Position numbers and translations under genes: made by a program
The notes under the pieces: generated by a model
Databases searched by the model: none
Seen by the model: only the letters and a program-made list of their open reading frames with translations
Told to the model about the DNA's origin: nothing
From: a virus
Reading direction: 5' to 3' (one strand)
DNA length: 64,000 nt
Virus record (IMG/VR): IMGVR_UViG_3300046171_000225
Span: 99,027-163,026 of that record
Part shown: positions 18,301-28,095 of the stretch, piece after piece
How positions within the stretch are numbered: position 1 is the first letter of the stretch
How the letters are laid out: each line of letters starts with the position of its first letter

Positions 18301-19340
18301 AAGGTTGGCTTAGAAGCTTATTAATGGTGCTAGTCATTACAGGCTGTGTTGAATGGGACATAGGCGATCCCGCAGATACTACCCCACCTGTTCCGAATGC
18401 TCCGGATATTATAGCCGACCCTGTAGAAGATGTTATCCAGCAACCCGAAAGGAACAAGGTTGATGTTTTATGGGTCATAGACAACTCTGGTTCCATGGAG
18501 CAAGAGCAACAAGCCCTTATTCTAAGCTTTGAATCGTTTATACAATACTTTATTGATTCGGACTTGGATTGGCACATTGGTGTGACCTCAACCGACATGT
18601 CGCCCGGACCCGACCCCGGAATCGGCGGAAAACTTCGGCGATCTGGTGGTCGCGTTTATATAGATGGGGATACACCCAACCCTATCGGTGTATTTTCCGA
18701 CATGGCCGCGATGGGTACAACCGGGTCTGGTACGGAAGAAGGTATTGCGGCCACTTGGTCCGCACTAACCAAACACCGCTCCTGCGAGCACAACTTCGGA
18801 TTTTATCGCGAAGACGCGAAACTGGTCGTGATTGTTATTTCCGATGAAAACGACCATAGCGAGAGTCCCAAATGGTCTGAATGGGTACCCGGAATGTTGT
18901 CCCTAAAGTCAAAGCCCGATGAGATTGCCTTTCATGCCATTGTTTGTACCTCTCCCGGCCCCATAAACGGTATAGGATGCGGTCCTCCTTATTTCGGTGA
19001 TGAATCTGTTGGCTATTTATATATGGACTCTGCTGCGGCCCTAAACGGCTCTGTCTGGGACATCCGACAAAAAAATTGGGATCCCTTTATGTCGGAGTTG
19101 GGTTTGTTGTCGATAGCCCGTCGTCAAGAGTTTTTCCTAAGTTCTGTTCCGGTTGTCGAATCCATTGTTGTGTGGGTCGAAGATGGAGACTGGGAATACA
19201 CCTTTGAGTTGGATGTGGACTTTGGTTATGATGAAATCCGTAACTCTATTTACTTTTATAGTATCCTGCCCCCGGAAGGATCACAGGTTCATATTCAATA
19301 CGTTCCACGGTCGGAAGGACTTGCAGAGAAATATGAGTGA
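18297..19340 (+). CDS. vWA-domain lipoprotein
   Basis: Lipobox ITG-C; MIDAS DVLWVIDNSGSM; VIVISDEND. Confidence 0.8.
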   Translation: MKGWLRSLLMVLVITGCVEWDIGDPADTTPPVPNAPDIIADPVEDVIQQPERNKVDVLWVIDNSGSMEQEQQALILSFESFIQYFIDSDLDWHIGVTSTDMSPGPDPGIGGKLRRSGGRVYIDGDTPNPIGVFSDMAAMGTTGSGTEEGIAATWSALTKHRSCEHNFGFYREDAKLVVIVISDENDHSESPKWSEWVPGMLSLKSKPDEIAFHAIVCTSPGPINGIGCGPPYFGDESVGYLYMDSAAALNGSVWDIRQKNWDPFMSELGLLSIARRQEFFLSSVPVVESIVVWVEDGDWEYTFELDVDFGYDEIRNSIYFYSILPPEGSQVHIQYVPRSEGLAEKYE

Positions 19341-19392
19341 AACTCCTTTCGACTCATGAAACAACTACTTATACTATATCGAGGTTTATAAA

Positions 19393-20991
19393 ATGAAAGA
19401 CATACTGCAGAACTGGAATTCCTACACAGGAAAGGCCAAACTTACAGAATCGCAGAAAAACAAACTTCATGTCAAACACCAAGCACTAAGCAACAACGGC
19501 TCATTAGACTTGATATTTGAGTCTGGTTTTGACAATATGTTCGAATCAGTAGCTAAATGGCAACAATTTTATGAAGATGGCTGCCAAATTCTTGGTAAGA
19601 AGGCAGTATCAGAGGTTTTAAACTACAGGATATGTTTAGAGTCTTTAAAAGAAGCAAGAAAAAAAGACAAAAAACATACACCAATGAACAAGCCGTCTCA
19701 ACAAATTGCACGAATGTATGGCTTGCCGGACATACAGCAGAGCCAAACAGAACCAGGAGCACTAGAGTCTACAGTCGAGTATTTCGAGCGTGTCTTAAAG
19801 ATGGATCTCTCCCCTGAAGAAAGGGAAGGCCTTGAAGACCTTATGCTTGCGATAGATAATGAAGAAGAGGAAAAGAGTCAAGAGGAAGAAAGTGAAGAGG
19901 AAGACTCTTTCGATCCCTTTTCTAACTTAAAAGCTAGAGCTATCGATAAACAAGAAGTCCCTGGCTTCTATGACAGTCCAACAGAGGTTTGTTATTTACA
20001 ACTCTCTGATGAAAATTCAAAGCTTGAGAGTTTGGATATTGTTTCCATGTCTTTACCTGTTGGATATACATGTAAGTATGCTGGGTCTTGTAAAACTTTT
20101 GTAGAGCCATTAGGTAGAGATGAGAAAGGGGACTTCACAACAAAGCTGAGAACAACACCTAAAACGATAACTCACTGTTTCATGGGCGCGATAGAACAGC
20201 GCTCACCAGAATATAGAGCTAAAGTTTGGTATAATGCTTACTTATTAAAGGTGCCATCTGCCGTAAGGTATATGAACAAGGGACTTTTAGACGCTGTCGC
20301 GGCAGATCCAGCTGACATTTCCATGGAAGAGTTGATTATAAGAAGTATAAAAAATTATATGGAACAAAAAGCTAAAAAGATAAAACTGTTCAGAATACAT
20401 GCTGGTGGAGATTTCTTTTCCCAAGAGTATTTTGACGCTTGGTTAGGTGCTGTAAGACATTTTAAAAACATTATTTTCTATGCTTACACGACTTCTCTCC
20501 CTTACTGGTCCGCCCGTGTAAATGATATTCCGCCTAACCTTAGACTGGTCGCATCTGCCGAAACGGCATCTAAGCGAGCTTATAGAGAATCGATCAAAAG
20601 TGCTATTGATTCATTTAGAAAAGTTTACATTAAAGACACTCCTCGGTCAGCTGCTGAAGCCCGATTGCAAATTGACGTCAATGACTTTGAAGCTGTACTA
20701 GGGGAGGGAGATTTTGCATTGTTGCTTCACGGTGCTAGACAAGAAGCAGGAAAAACAGTTGAAATATCCTCTTCCTTTAAAAATCCGGATGGCACAAGGG
20801 ACAGTATGAAAGTTAATGCGTCTACTTTAGCAAAATTTAATTCCAAGTTAATTAAACTTAAGGCTAAACAGTTCCAGACTGACCCAGAAATAGCAGAACA
20901 ACAAATGAGAGATATCCTGATTGCAACAGCCAAATGGCACGAAGAAAGAATGGCTCCTCCAGCCCCTAAGGATGAAGAAGATGACAAATAA
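19393..20991 (+). CDS. leader-bearing protein with a C-terminal GP88-family domain
   Basis: MKDILQNWNSY leader; SMSLPVGYTCKYAGSC...C...FRIHAGGDFFSQEYFDAW...FYAYTTS...NLRLVAS parallels ORF 4110. Confidence 0.75.
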   Translation: MKDILQNWNSYTGKAKLTESQKNKLHVKHQALSNNGSLDLIFESGFDNMFESVAKWQQFYEDGCQILGKKAVSEVLNYRICLESLKEARKKDKKHTPMNKPSQQIARMYGLPDIQQSQTEPGALESTVEYFERVLKMDLSPEEREGLEDLMLAIDNEEEEKSQEEESEEEDSFDPFSNLKARAIDKQEVPGFYDSPTEVCYLQLSDENSKLESLDIVSMSLPVGYTCKYAGSCKTFVEPLGRDEKGDFTTKLRTTPKTITHCFMGAIEQRSPEYRAKVWYNAYLLKVPSAVRYMNKGLLDAVAADPADISMEELIIRSIKNYMEQKAKKIKLFRIHAGGDFFSQEYFDAWLGAVRHFKNIIFYAYTTSLPYWSARVNDIPPNLRLVASAETASKRAYRESIKSAIDSFRKVYIKDTPRSAAEARLQIDVNDFEAVLGEGDFALLLHGARQEAGKTVEISSSFKNPDGTRDSMKVNASTLAKFNSKLIKLKAKQFQTDPEIAEQQMRDILIATAKWHEERMAPPAPKDEEDDK

Positions 20992-22846
20992 GTTCCACAA
21001 TGCATGGCGGGGCTTTTTGAATGAACAGGAGGACAAGCCACCAGAAGAACTGCCTGACGGCGAGCTCACCAAAGATGAACTTGCCATATGGCAGAATGTT
21101 CTTGCTGATGTGTCGAAGTCTTTCTCTCTAAAAGAATCTTTTCTAGCAGAATACCTCATAGAACAGAGTCCTCCACAAAGGATCCTGGATCCTCCATTCC
21201 CAGAAGAAGAAGATTACGATCCACGTAACCCCCCTTTTGATCCACGGAGAACTCCCCCTCCGACAGGCATGCCGTATGACCCTCTGAGTGACCCTGAAGA
21301 GATTCACAAAAGTATGCAGACTACCAGAGCTCAGCAGAAAAAGGGCGAAGAAAAAGGCTTTCCAAAGGCTGTAGATAAAGACGATCCACAGGAAATGATC
21401 CCAGGTATTGGGTCTGTGATGCCGATTAAATTAAGCTCAAAATACTCAAAAGACAGTAGTTTTTGCCAAGTATTTCCTGGTATTAACAAATGGAGCCAGG
21501 AGAGTGCTGACAATTTCGGTGAGACCGTCCTATTTGTTTACGCCACAATGCAGACAACTTGGCCGAGAGTGGCAGTGTTCTTCCGTTTTTTGGTAGACTT
21601 TGTCAAGGAAAATCAGGCTAGTCCATCAAACTTTGAGCAGTTTGTCTATCGTCCCCCTAGAAACAATACTCAAACGGACTATAATGAATTTAAATATTAC
21701 CTTGGCAAGGATCTTTATGCAAAGTATTCTAGAAGGCTGAGACAGGCTGTCAAAGCAAGAGATGATGCTTCAAGCAGAGAATACCTAATTAATAAAGTGA
21801 AAGAACTACGTTCTCTCAAAGGCAGAGATGGAAGATCTCGTTATGAGACAAATAAAAGAATCAGAGCCAGAGTAGATCGTATGGAGCGTGTACTACGTGA
21901 TTCTCAAAGAATCCCTGAAATAGAATACGAAATCGAAGAGAAAGTCAATGAGCAGAGAAACCAGTTCAGAGACCAAGGTCTTCCAGACTACGAGACAGCC
22001 AGAGATAACTATGAAAACGCTTTAAGTAACCACAACGGCTACAGAGGAACCGAGCTAACTGCCCTGTTTAAAAAAATTCATGGAGTTTCCGAACTAACTC
22101 CTGAGCAGGAAGAATATGTTAGCACAGCCCGAGGGGTGATTGCTTACATGGCTGCTACTCCCGGAGCTAGATACTATGTACCTACTTGGAACAGTAGAGC
22201 AAGTATTTTTTCTAGTGTCTCCGAGCATTTGAAAAAGTACAATAAAGACAAAAACCCCAATGACCTATTAGATCTATTGGTTGATGTCGTAAAGATCCCA
22301 GGGATCGGCGTTGTGAAGGGTGGCTTATTAGTCCAGCTTCTAACTGGACAACTGGGGTGTATTGATAATGTCTGGCAAAAAATTCTTTATGCTCAGGACG
22401 AAGTCATTGCAGAAAGAGTAAAAAGAATAGTCCGCTCTAAGAAACCAGATGCAGAGAAGGCACTCAGAGATTATGCAAGTGCTTATATCACTCTTCTAGA
22501 AACACTGGAGAAAAGTTACTCTGTAGACTCTAAGGGCATATTTGAAGTATGGTCACAAATTACCACCCTTGCCAATAAAGGTGGTCCCAATAAGGGATAC
22601 AATATGAATCTAGAGTTTCTAAAAAAATCTACGGGTAAGCGAAGTAAAAAACTTAGCCCTGTTCAGATTGCTGTTAGAGGCGAATCAAATAGTGACACGT
22701 TCAAATTCTACACCATGGGTGGTGGGCCTAATGAACCACGCACTGCCAAAGAGCAAGACCCTAGAACCCTAGATTACCCACAGGCCGTAAAAGAAAGCAA
22801 AGTTCTAGAGACTTTCAAGAAGTGGAAGAAGTCTCAGTGGGACTAA
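20981..22846 (+). CDS. leader-bearing protein with a helix-hairpin-helix (DNA glycosylase-fold) domain
   Basis: Start MTNKFHNAWRGFLNE; LFVYATMQ and KIPGIGVVKGGLLVQLLTGQLGCID motifs. Confidence 0.6.
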   Translation: MTNKFHNAWRGFLNEQEDKPPEELPDGELTKDELAIWQNVLADVSKSFSLKESFLAEYLIEQSPPQRILDPPFPEEEDYDPRNPPFDPRRTPPPTGMPYDPLSDPEEIHKSMQTTRAQQKKGEEKGFPKAVDKDDPQEMIPGIGSVMPIKLSSKYSKDSSFCQVFPGINKWSQESADNFGETVLFVYATMQTTWPRVAVFFRFLVDFVKENQASPSNFEQFVYRPPRNNTQTDYNEFKYYLGKDLYAKYSRRLRQAVKARDDASSREYLINKVKELRSLKGRDGRSRYETNKRIRARVDRMERVLRDSQRIPEIEYEIEEKVNEQRNQFRDQGLPDYETARDNYENALSNHNGYRGTELTALFKKIHGVSELTPEQEEYVSTARGVIAYMAATPGARYYVPTWNSRASIFSSVSEHLKKYNKDKNPNDLLDLLVDVVKIPGIGVVKGGLLVQLLTGQLGCIDNVWQKILYAQDEVIAERVKRIVRSKKPDAEKALRDYASAYITLLETLEKSYSVDSKGIFEVWSQITTLANKGGPNKGYNMNLEFLKKSTGKRSKKLSPVQIAVRGESNSDTFKFYTMGGGPNEPRTAKEQDPRTLDYPQAVKESKVLETFKKWKKSQWD

Positions 22847-22921
22847 ATAAAATTTAAGTAGATTTGTTCCTCTAATCTCAAAAGAAACTAATTAGTTTAG
22901 TTTGTGTGGAGGTGTATCTAA

Positions 22922-23212
22922 ATGTCAGGAAGTACAATCAGCATTAGCAATGAGAGAATGTGGAAAATGTTTACTCTGGTTACTGGTGTACTTATCGTGC
23001 CTTTAGTTGGCTGGGTTTGGAATACAAACGTAGCTGTAGCGCAGATACAAAATGATCTTCAAGATGCTGAAGGGACTATTGTTGTTCTTGGGCAAAAAGT
23101 TGAAGAATCTGATGTTAATGCAAAAGCTATCATCTCCATGAAGAAAGATATAGAATACATGAAAGAGACTCTTGACAGAGTAGAAAGAATTGTTGTCGAT
23201 AAGCAGAGGTAG
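22922..23212 (+). CDS. single-TM coiled-coil protein
   Basis: One TM helix followed by a coiled coil; GGAGG RBS; late motif upstream. Confidence 0.55.
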   Translation: MSGSTISISNERMWKMFTLVTGVLIVPLVGWVWNTNVAVAQIQNDLQDAEGTIVVLGQKVEESDVNAKAIISMKKDIEYMKETLDRVERIVVDKQR

Positions 23213-23243
23213 AGAGTCATCTAGCGAAGGAGCACAAAATACC

Positions 23244-24266
23244 ATGAAAATCAAGATAATTCCAGCTGGAGCCCTCGAAGAAAAGAAGAAAAAGAAGGCT
23301 AAAAAGAAAGACGACCGCTGCACTCGTATAGCCAAAAGAAAATATAAGGTGTGGCCCTCTGCTTACGCCTCAGGAGCCGTGGTACAGTGTAGGCGAGGTA
23401 AGATATGGAAAGGACTCAAAGAGGGCCAGGAAGAGCCTCTAGAGGCAGCTGAGGAGGCTATCCTAGACACGTTGAAGGCAGAAGGTGGTGCCGCTGGTCT
23501 AGAACCCCTAGAGAAGGCTGTGGCAGACTTGAAATTGCCTGAGGATTTTAACATTGTAGAGTTTTTGAAGGATCTCGACACTGTTGGGCAGCATGAAGAT
23601 GGGGACTACTACTCTAAGCAGGGTCTAGAAGAGGGAGAGATCATTGATTTCCCAGCTAAGGAGCGCTCCGACGAGAACGTCCAGCTAGTAAACCAGTTAT
23701 TTAAAGATTTCAACCAGCTACAAGACGTAGATAATAAAGATGAAATCGGCATTGTTCTTACACTAAATTTGAGACAGCTTGAATCTGATCAGATGAGAGA
23801 AGTTGACCCTGACCTCAACCAAGTAGCTTTTGAGAAGATGTATGGCAGAGTGGTCGATGTTGTTGAGAAAGCGATACAAGATAACGTCGTAGAACTAAGA
23901 GAAGCCAAAAAAAAAAGAAAGAAGCGAAAAAAAGCAGGCACTGAGTCCTCAAAAGAGAAATCCCTAAGAGACTGGTTTGGTCGTAAGGGAGCAAAGGGCA
24001 AGAAAGGCGGCTGGGTTGATTGTAACGCTCCAGACGGCAAAGGTGGCTACAAAGCTTGTGGTCGTGAGAAAGGCGAGAAGCGTAAAAAGTATCCTGCCTG
24101 CAGACCAACCCCTGCTGCTTGCAAAGAGCGCGGAAAAGGCAAGACTTGGGGCAAAAAAGCTAAGAAAAAGAAGAAAATGAAGGAATCTGCTGAAGAATAT
24201 GTCTACGGAGTTAAAAATCCGGGTCGTATGGGCAACATTTATAAAATAAAGGTGGTTAAGTCATGA
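23244..24266 (+). CDS. modular basic/acidic putative internal virion protein
   Basis: MKIKII...LEE leader; KYKVWPSAYASG and LRDWFG...GGWVDC...KYPACRP modules separated by L-x-E sites. Confidence 0.65.
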   Translation: MKIKIIPAGALEEKKKKKAKKKDDRCTRIAKRKYKVWPSAYASGAVVQCRRGKIWKGLKEGQEEPLEAAEEAILDTLKAEGGAAGLEPLEKAVADLKLPEDFNIVEFLKDLDTVGQHEDGDYYSKQGLEEGEIIDFPAKERSDENVQLVNQLFKDFNQLQDVDNKDEIGIVLTLNLRQLESDQMREVDPDLNQVAFEKMYGRVVDVVEKAIQDNVVELREAKKKRKKRKKAGTESSKEKSLRDWFGRKGAKGKKGGWVDCNAPDGKGGYKACGREKGEKRKKYPACRPTPAACKERGKGKTWGKKAKKKKKMKESAEEYVYGVKNPGRMGNIYKIKVVKS

Positions 24267-24670
24267 TTATCCGTATTGTAAAAAAGGTTTTGGAGATGGC
24301 ATGCCCCCGTGCTACCCAAGATGTGGACCTAAACACAAAAAACAGAAACAGTACCAGAGAAAACCACATGTATGGGCCTCTAAATGTGAAAGAGCCCGGT
24401 GATTATTGGGAAAAACTGGCCAAAAAGTGGGATACAACTGAAAAAGCTGCAAAAAAGAGCACTTGTGGTGTCTGTGTAGCCTTCGACATCTCTCCACGTA
24501 TGGATGATTGTATGCCCGGTTCTGTTTCTGACGACAGTGGGCGTCTTGGTTACTGCTGGATGCATCATTTTAAGTGTCACTCTGCTCGATCCTGCGACAC
24601 ATGGGCTACTGGTGGCCCTATAACTAAAGATAAGGTATCTTATGAATGGCAGAGAAAAGGCGAAAAATGA
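24263..24670 (+). CDS. Cys-rich conserved phage protein
   Basis: MIIRIVKKVLE leader; CPRATQD...CGVCVAFD...GYCWMHHFKCHSARSCDTW. Confidence 0.65.
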   Translation: MIIRIVKKVLEMACPRATQDVDLNTKNRNSTRENHMYGPLNVKEPGDYWEKLAKKWDTTEKAAKKSTCGVCVAFDISPRMDDCMPGSVSDDSGRLGYCWMHHFKCHSARSCDTWATGGPITKDKVSYEWQRKGEK

Positions 24671-26385
24671 AAAAGATACTTGAGTCGTGGAGACTATACG
24701 AGAATCAAGCCCTAAAAGACGGGATTGAAAGAGAGTTTAGAATTATCCTCATTAACTGGGTTAGCAAGTATAGTCCGGGCTCATCTGAAGGTAAAAAACT
24801 TGAGGCATGGTTTAATACTAATAAAAAGTCGCAGTTTAATAAATATTCTTATGACCAATTATATGGAGCCATGGTCCAGTATATGGATCAAATTGCAGTT
24901 GTTCCTCTAATGGTGGGGGAAGAGCTTTTTCCTAGGCGTGTGGCGTATAGTAAAAACAGTCAGCAATTAGCTGCTTATGGTCCCCCACCGCTAAACCCTC
25001 CATACGATAAACAAAAAACTGGTATGTTTATAGTTAATGCCCAAAAATGGTCACAAAGTGATGAAGGGAGAAAGAAAGATATTATTAACCATGAAGCTGG
25101 CCATTGGCTAGATTGGTTTAAAGGGTTTATTGGTAGCAATACAGATACAAAATTTGCTTCCCAAAGTGGCACTGACCTGTCCTTACTTAAAACCATATTT
25201 TTGGACTCTCCCGTGGATGGGCACGGGTTAAATCAAGAACAGCTACAATATTTTGGTAGCAAAAAGGAACAACGTGCTTACTTGAAACAATATGTCGGCT
25301 CTAGTTTATCCAAAGGCGATATATTTAATATTTGTACTGCTCAGCGAGAAATAGTTGCCTCCGGTGGCTTTAAAAGCCTCACACCAGAGAAATATAAGGA
25401 TATATCATCCCGAGTCAATTTCAGACCCGAACTGATTCTTTATTTTAATTGTGGCAGAGCCAGTCAAGATCAAATTATTGATGCTGTTAAGCAGCTGGTC
25501 AAAGTAGATCAAGGGCAACGCACCATGGTTGCAGAGCGAGAAGCGTCAGTTGACCCTAAAATGAAGAAATATCTTGAGGACCATCCTTACATGGAGCCTG
25601 ACGGCATGCAGGAAGGTGAAACTCAAGATATCCCAGAGACGCAGCGTAAGATTTTATTAAGAATCAAAAAACAATTACAAAAATCTGCTGAAAAACATGC
25701 TCGACAAGCGAGACAGGCTACAGATATTGCAAAAGCATCACAAAAATCATCTGATTTGCATCGCGATCAAGTTGATCAGCTTGATGCAATGACCGAAGAC
25801 AACTTAGAAGAAAAAAGAGGAGCAACTCCTGCCTACTGTAGGTCCACTGCATGTAAAGATATGGGGTTCACACAGAAAGCCAGTTGTAAATCCCAAGGTA
25901 TTAAGGATTGTTACAGAGGCAAAAAGAAAAATGAGCAAGTTGAGCTTCAGGAGCGTTGCCAAAAGGGATATAAGACACACCCAACAAGAAAAACAAAGAT
26001 TATGTTTGGTAAACGGTATAGAAATTGTGTAAAAGCAGAGGAAGGCCGCATGTTAGAGGCCGACCCTAAGAAAGGAACGGGCAAAAAGCCTAAAGGTTCT
26101 GGTAGAAGACTATATACTGATGAAAATCCTAAAGATACAGTTTCTGTTGAGTTCTCTTCAGTAGCTGCTATCAAGCGTACACTTGCAAAAGCATCTTTCA
26201 AGGCCAAGTCTCACAAAAGACAGTCTCAGATTATTAACCTTATACACCAGAGAGTCAGGGCTGCATATAAAAATGCAAAGGATCCAAAAGTAAAAGCAAG
26301 GCTTAAAAGAGCTTATGAATATGCAGAAGAAAGAAAAGAAGCTTCAAAGAAAAAGACAGCAAGACTGAGGAAGGCTAAAAAATGA
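24667..26385 (+). CDS. leader-bearing modular protein: zincin domain plus basic modules
   Basis: MKKILESWRLY leader; NHEAGHWLD (HExxH) with a downstream EQRAY; LEE, LQE and MLE junctions; DPKKGTGKKPKGSGRRLYTDENP module. Confidence 0.65.
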   Translation: MKKILESWRLYENQALKDGIEREFRIILINWVSKYSPGSSEGKKLEAWFNTNKKSQFNKYSYDQLYGAMVQYMDQIAVVPLMVGEELFPRRVAYSKNSQQLAAYGPPPLNPPYDKQKTGMFIVNAQKWSQSDEGRKKDIINHEAGHWLDWFKGFIGSNTDTKFASQSGTDLSLLKTIFLDSPVDGHGLNQEQLQYFGSKKEQRAYLKQYVGSSLSKGDIFNICTAQREIVASGGFKSLTPEKYKDISSRVNFRPELILYFNCGRASQDQIIDAVKQLVKVDQGQRTMVAEREASVDPKMKKYLEDHPYMEPDGMQEGETQDIPETQRKILLRIKKQLQKSAEKHARQARQATDIAKASQKSSDLHRDQVDQLDAMTEDNLEEKRGATPAYCRSTACKDMGFTQKASCKSQGIKDCYRGKKKNEQVELQERCQKGYKTHPTRKTKIMFGKRYRNCVKAEEGRMLEADPKKGTGKKPKGSGRRLYTDENPKDTVSVEFSSVAAIKRTLAKASFKAKSHKRQSQIINLIHQRVRAAYKNAKDPKVKARLKRAYEYAEERKEASKKKTARLRKAKK

Positions 26386-26978
26386 TTCTAACAGAAGAAA
26401 AACTAAAATCAATTATTCTTGATGAGCTACGAAAGACGGTTTTTAAAGAGGGCTTACGTCATCACTACGTCAATCGTGTCCCTGTTCATGAATCTATCTA
26501 TCGTATTGGTTCTCCTTGTTACTTCAATGTAATCAGTCAGGCAAGAGACTTTTATAAGAAGGGCCTCTATGAAGCTGTTAATGAAGAGGAGAGGGACATT
26601 CTAGAGAACACTAACCTTGGTGAATGGGCGATGTTTGAAGGAGAAGAAATCCCTTTGGATTTCCCGATGTATGCGGAGACTCTCGAAGAAGCCAAGAAGA
26701 AAAAGAAGAAAGATCCCCCGATTGGCAAGCCTTCCAGAAACACAGGCTCTGGCAAGAAGTATAAAGTCTTTGTTCGCAACCCTAAGACTGGTAAGATCAA
26801 GAAGATTACTTACGGTGATTCCAAAGGTGGCCTCAAGGGTGGCTGGAACAGCCCTGAGGCTCGTAAGTCATTCGCTGCACGTCATAAGTGTGCCGAGAAG
26901 AAAGATCGCACTAAGGCCGGTTACTGGGCCTGCAGAGCACATAAAGATTTTGGACCAGGAATCGGAAGGTTCTGGTGA
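26382..26978 (+). CDS. conserved basic viral protein
   Basis: LKSIILDEL leader; LEEAKKK junction; KKYKVFV...ARKSFAARHKC...AGYWAC module. Confidence 0.65.
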   Translation: MILTEEKLKSIILDELRKTVFKEGLRHHYVNRVPVHESIYRIGSPCYFNVISQARDFYKKGLYEAVNEEERDILENTNLGEWAMFEGEEIPLDFPMYAETLEEAKKKKKKDPPIGKPSRNTGSGKKYKVFVRNPKTGKIKKITYGDSKGGLKGGWNSPEARKSFAARHKCAEKKDRTKAGYWACRAHKDFGPGIGRFW

Positions 26979-27250
26979 TGGATTTTCCCTTCTCTGAAAA
27001 GAAGGTCGGAAATAAACTATTCCTCCGAGAGTTTAGAGAAGATGTAGACTCTGAGGAATTGATTTGGCATCAAGACAAAGAAGACAGAAAGGTCAAGATT
27101 ATTGAAGCTAACGGATGGAAGTTACAAATGGATAATGAACTTCCTGTCTTGTTAGAAAACGGCTCTACTTACTATATACCTGCCTACCATTTTCATCGAG
27201 TAATAAAGGGTAACGGCAGACTACTTATAGAAGTGGAGAAAAGCCCATGA
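26975..27250 (+). CDS. small cupin-like phage protein
   Basis: ELIWHQDKEDR...WKLQMDNELP...FHRVIKG. Confidence 0.6.
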   Translation: MMDFPFSEKKVGNKLFLREFREDVDSEELIWHQDKEDRKVKIIEANGWKLQMDNELPVLLENGSTYYIPAYHFHRVIKGNGRLLIEVEKSP

Positions 27251-27822
27251 AATCACTTCTAGAAAATTGGAACAACTTCCTTACTGAACAAAAATCTTTT
27301 ACAGATAAGGAAAAGATAGCACTTGTTATATTTGGAGAAGCTCGTGGAGAGTCGAACGCTGGAAAGCGAGCTGTTTTGCATGTTGCTATGAATAGGGCTA
27401 AACACGAGGGCAAGTCTGTACTAGAGGTTATGCAAGAGCCGGGTCAATTTTCAATTTTAAATGATAATACTTTTGCTGATATATACAAAGAAGCACAATC
27501 GGGCGATATACCAAAAAAGAAATATGCAGAGAGTCTTGAAATTGTAAGTAATCCTGGAAAAGATATTACAGGAGGATCGACTCATTACCTAACCACAGAA
27601 CTCTACTATGGCAAAAGAAAATGGTGGGCTGACTATGACAAGAATATATGCTGGGTACCCATGATAGAAATAGGAAAGCATGTATTTGGAATTGAGACGG
27701 GCACATACCCGCCACCAGATGGACTTAAATGTGTATATAGCATCGAAAAAGGCAAAAGAAAGTACAATATGTCCACGGTCCCAGCAAGGCACGATTTCGG
27801 TCAGCATCCCAAGCTACCCTAA
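27247..27822 (+). CDS. leader-bearing SleB/Hydrolase_2 cell wall hydrolase
   Basis: MKSLLENWNNFLTE leader; IALVIFGEARGES...AV..V.MNR...QFS...GSTHY...IGKHVF. Confidence 0.85.
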   Translation: MKSLLENWNNFLTEQKSFTDKEKIALVIFGEARGESNAGKRAVLHVAMNRAKHEGKSVLEVMQEPGQFSILNDNTFADIYKEAQSGDIPKKKYAESLEIVSNPGKDITGGSTHYLTTELYYGKRKWWADYDKNICWVPMIEIGKHVFGIETGTYPPPDGLKCVYSIEKGKRKYNMSTVPARHDFGQHPKLP

Positions 27823-27900
27823 CCGTACCGGTGCAACAATAAATAAATGCTTTTTATGAATTATGGGTCTATGTATAGTCCAATGTGGAGGGTCTATACA

Positions 27901-28068
27901 ATGACTTTTATATCAGGGCAAAAAGGTAATGTTGCAGTAGAGTACGGACTTATCGTTTGTTTGCTACTTGCTATTGTTGCTTCTTTATACATAGATGTTG
28001 GCGCAAAAATGAACACCTCTTTGTATACTTTAACAGATGCTATGGGAATTACTAATACTCAAGGCTAA
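27901..28068 (+). CDS. Flp/Tad (type IVb) pilin-like protein
   Basis: GGAGG RBS; QKG|NVAVEYGLIV prepilin cleavage site with E+5/Y+6, followed by a hydrophobic helix. Confidence 0.65.
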   Translation: MTFISGQKGNVAVEYGLIVCLLLAIVASLYIDVGAKMNTSLYTLTDAMGITNTQG

Positions 28069-28095
28069 TTACTACATATTTTAGGAGTTATTAGC

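Noticed and set aside
22922-23212. Holin call for the single-TM protein
   Set aside because: It has only one TM helix, no adjacent endolysin and no dual-start motif, which is insufficient evidence.
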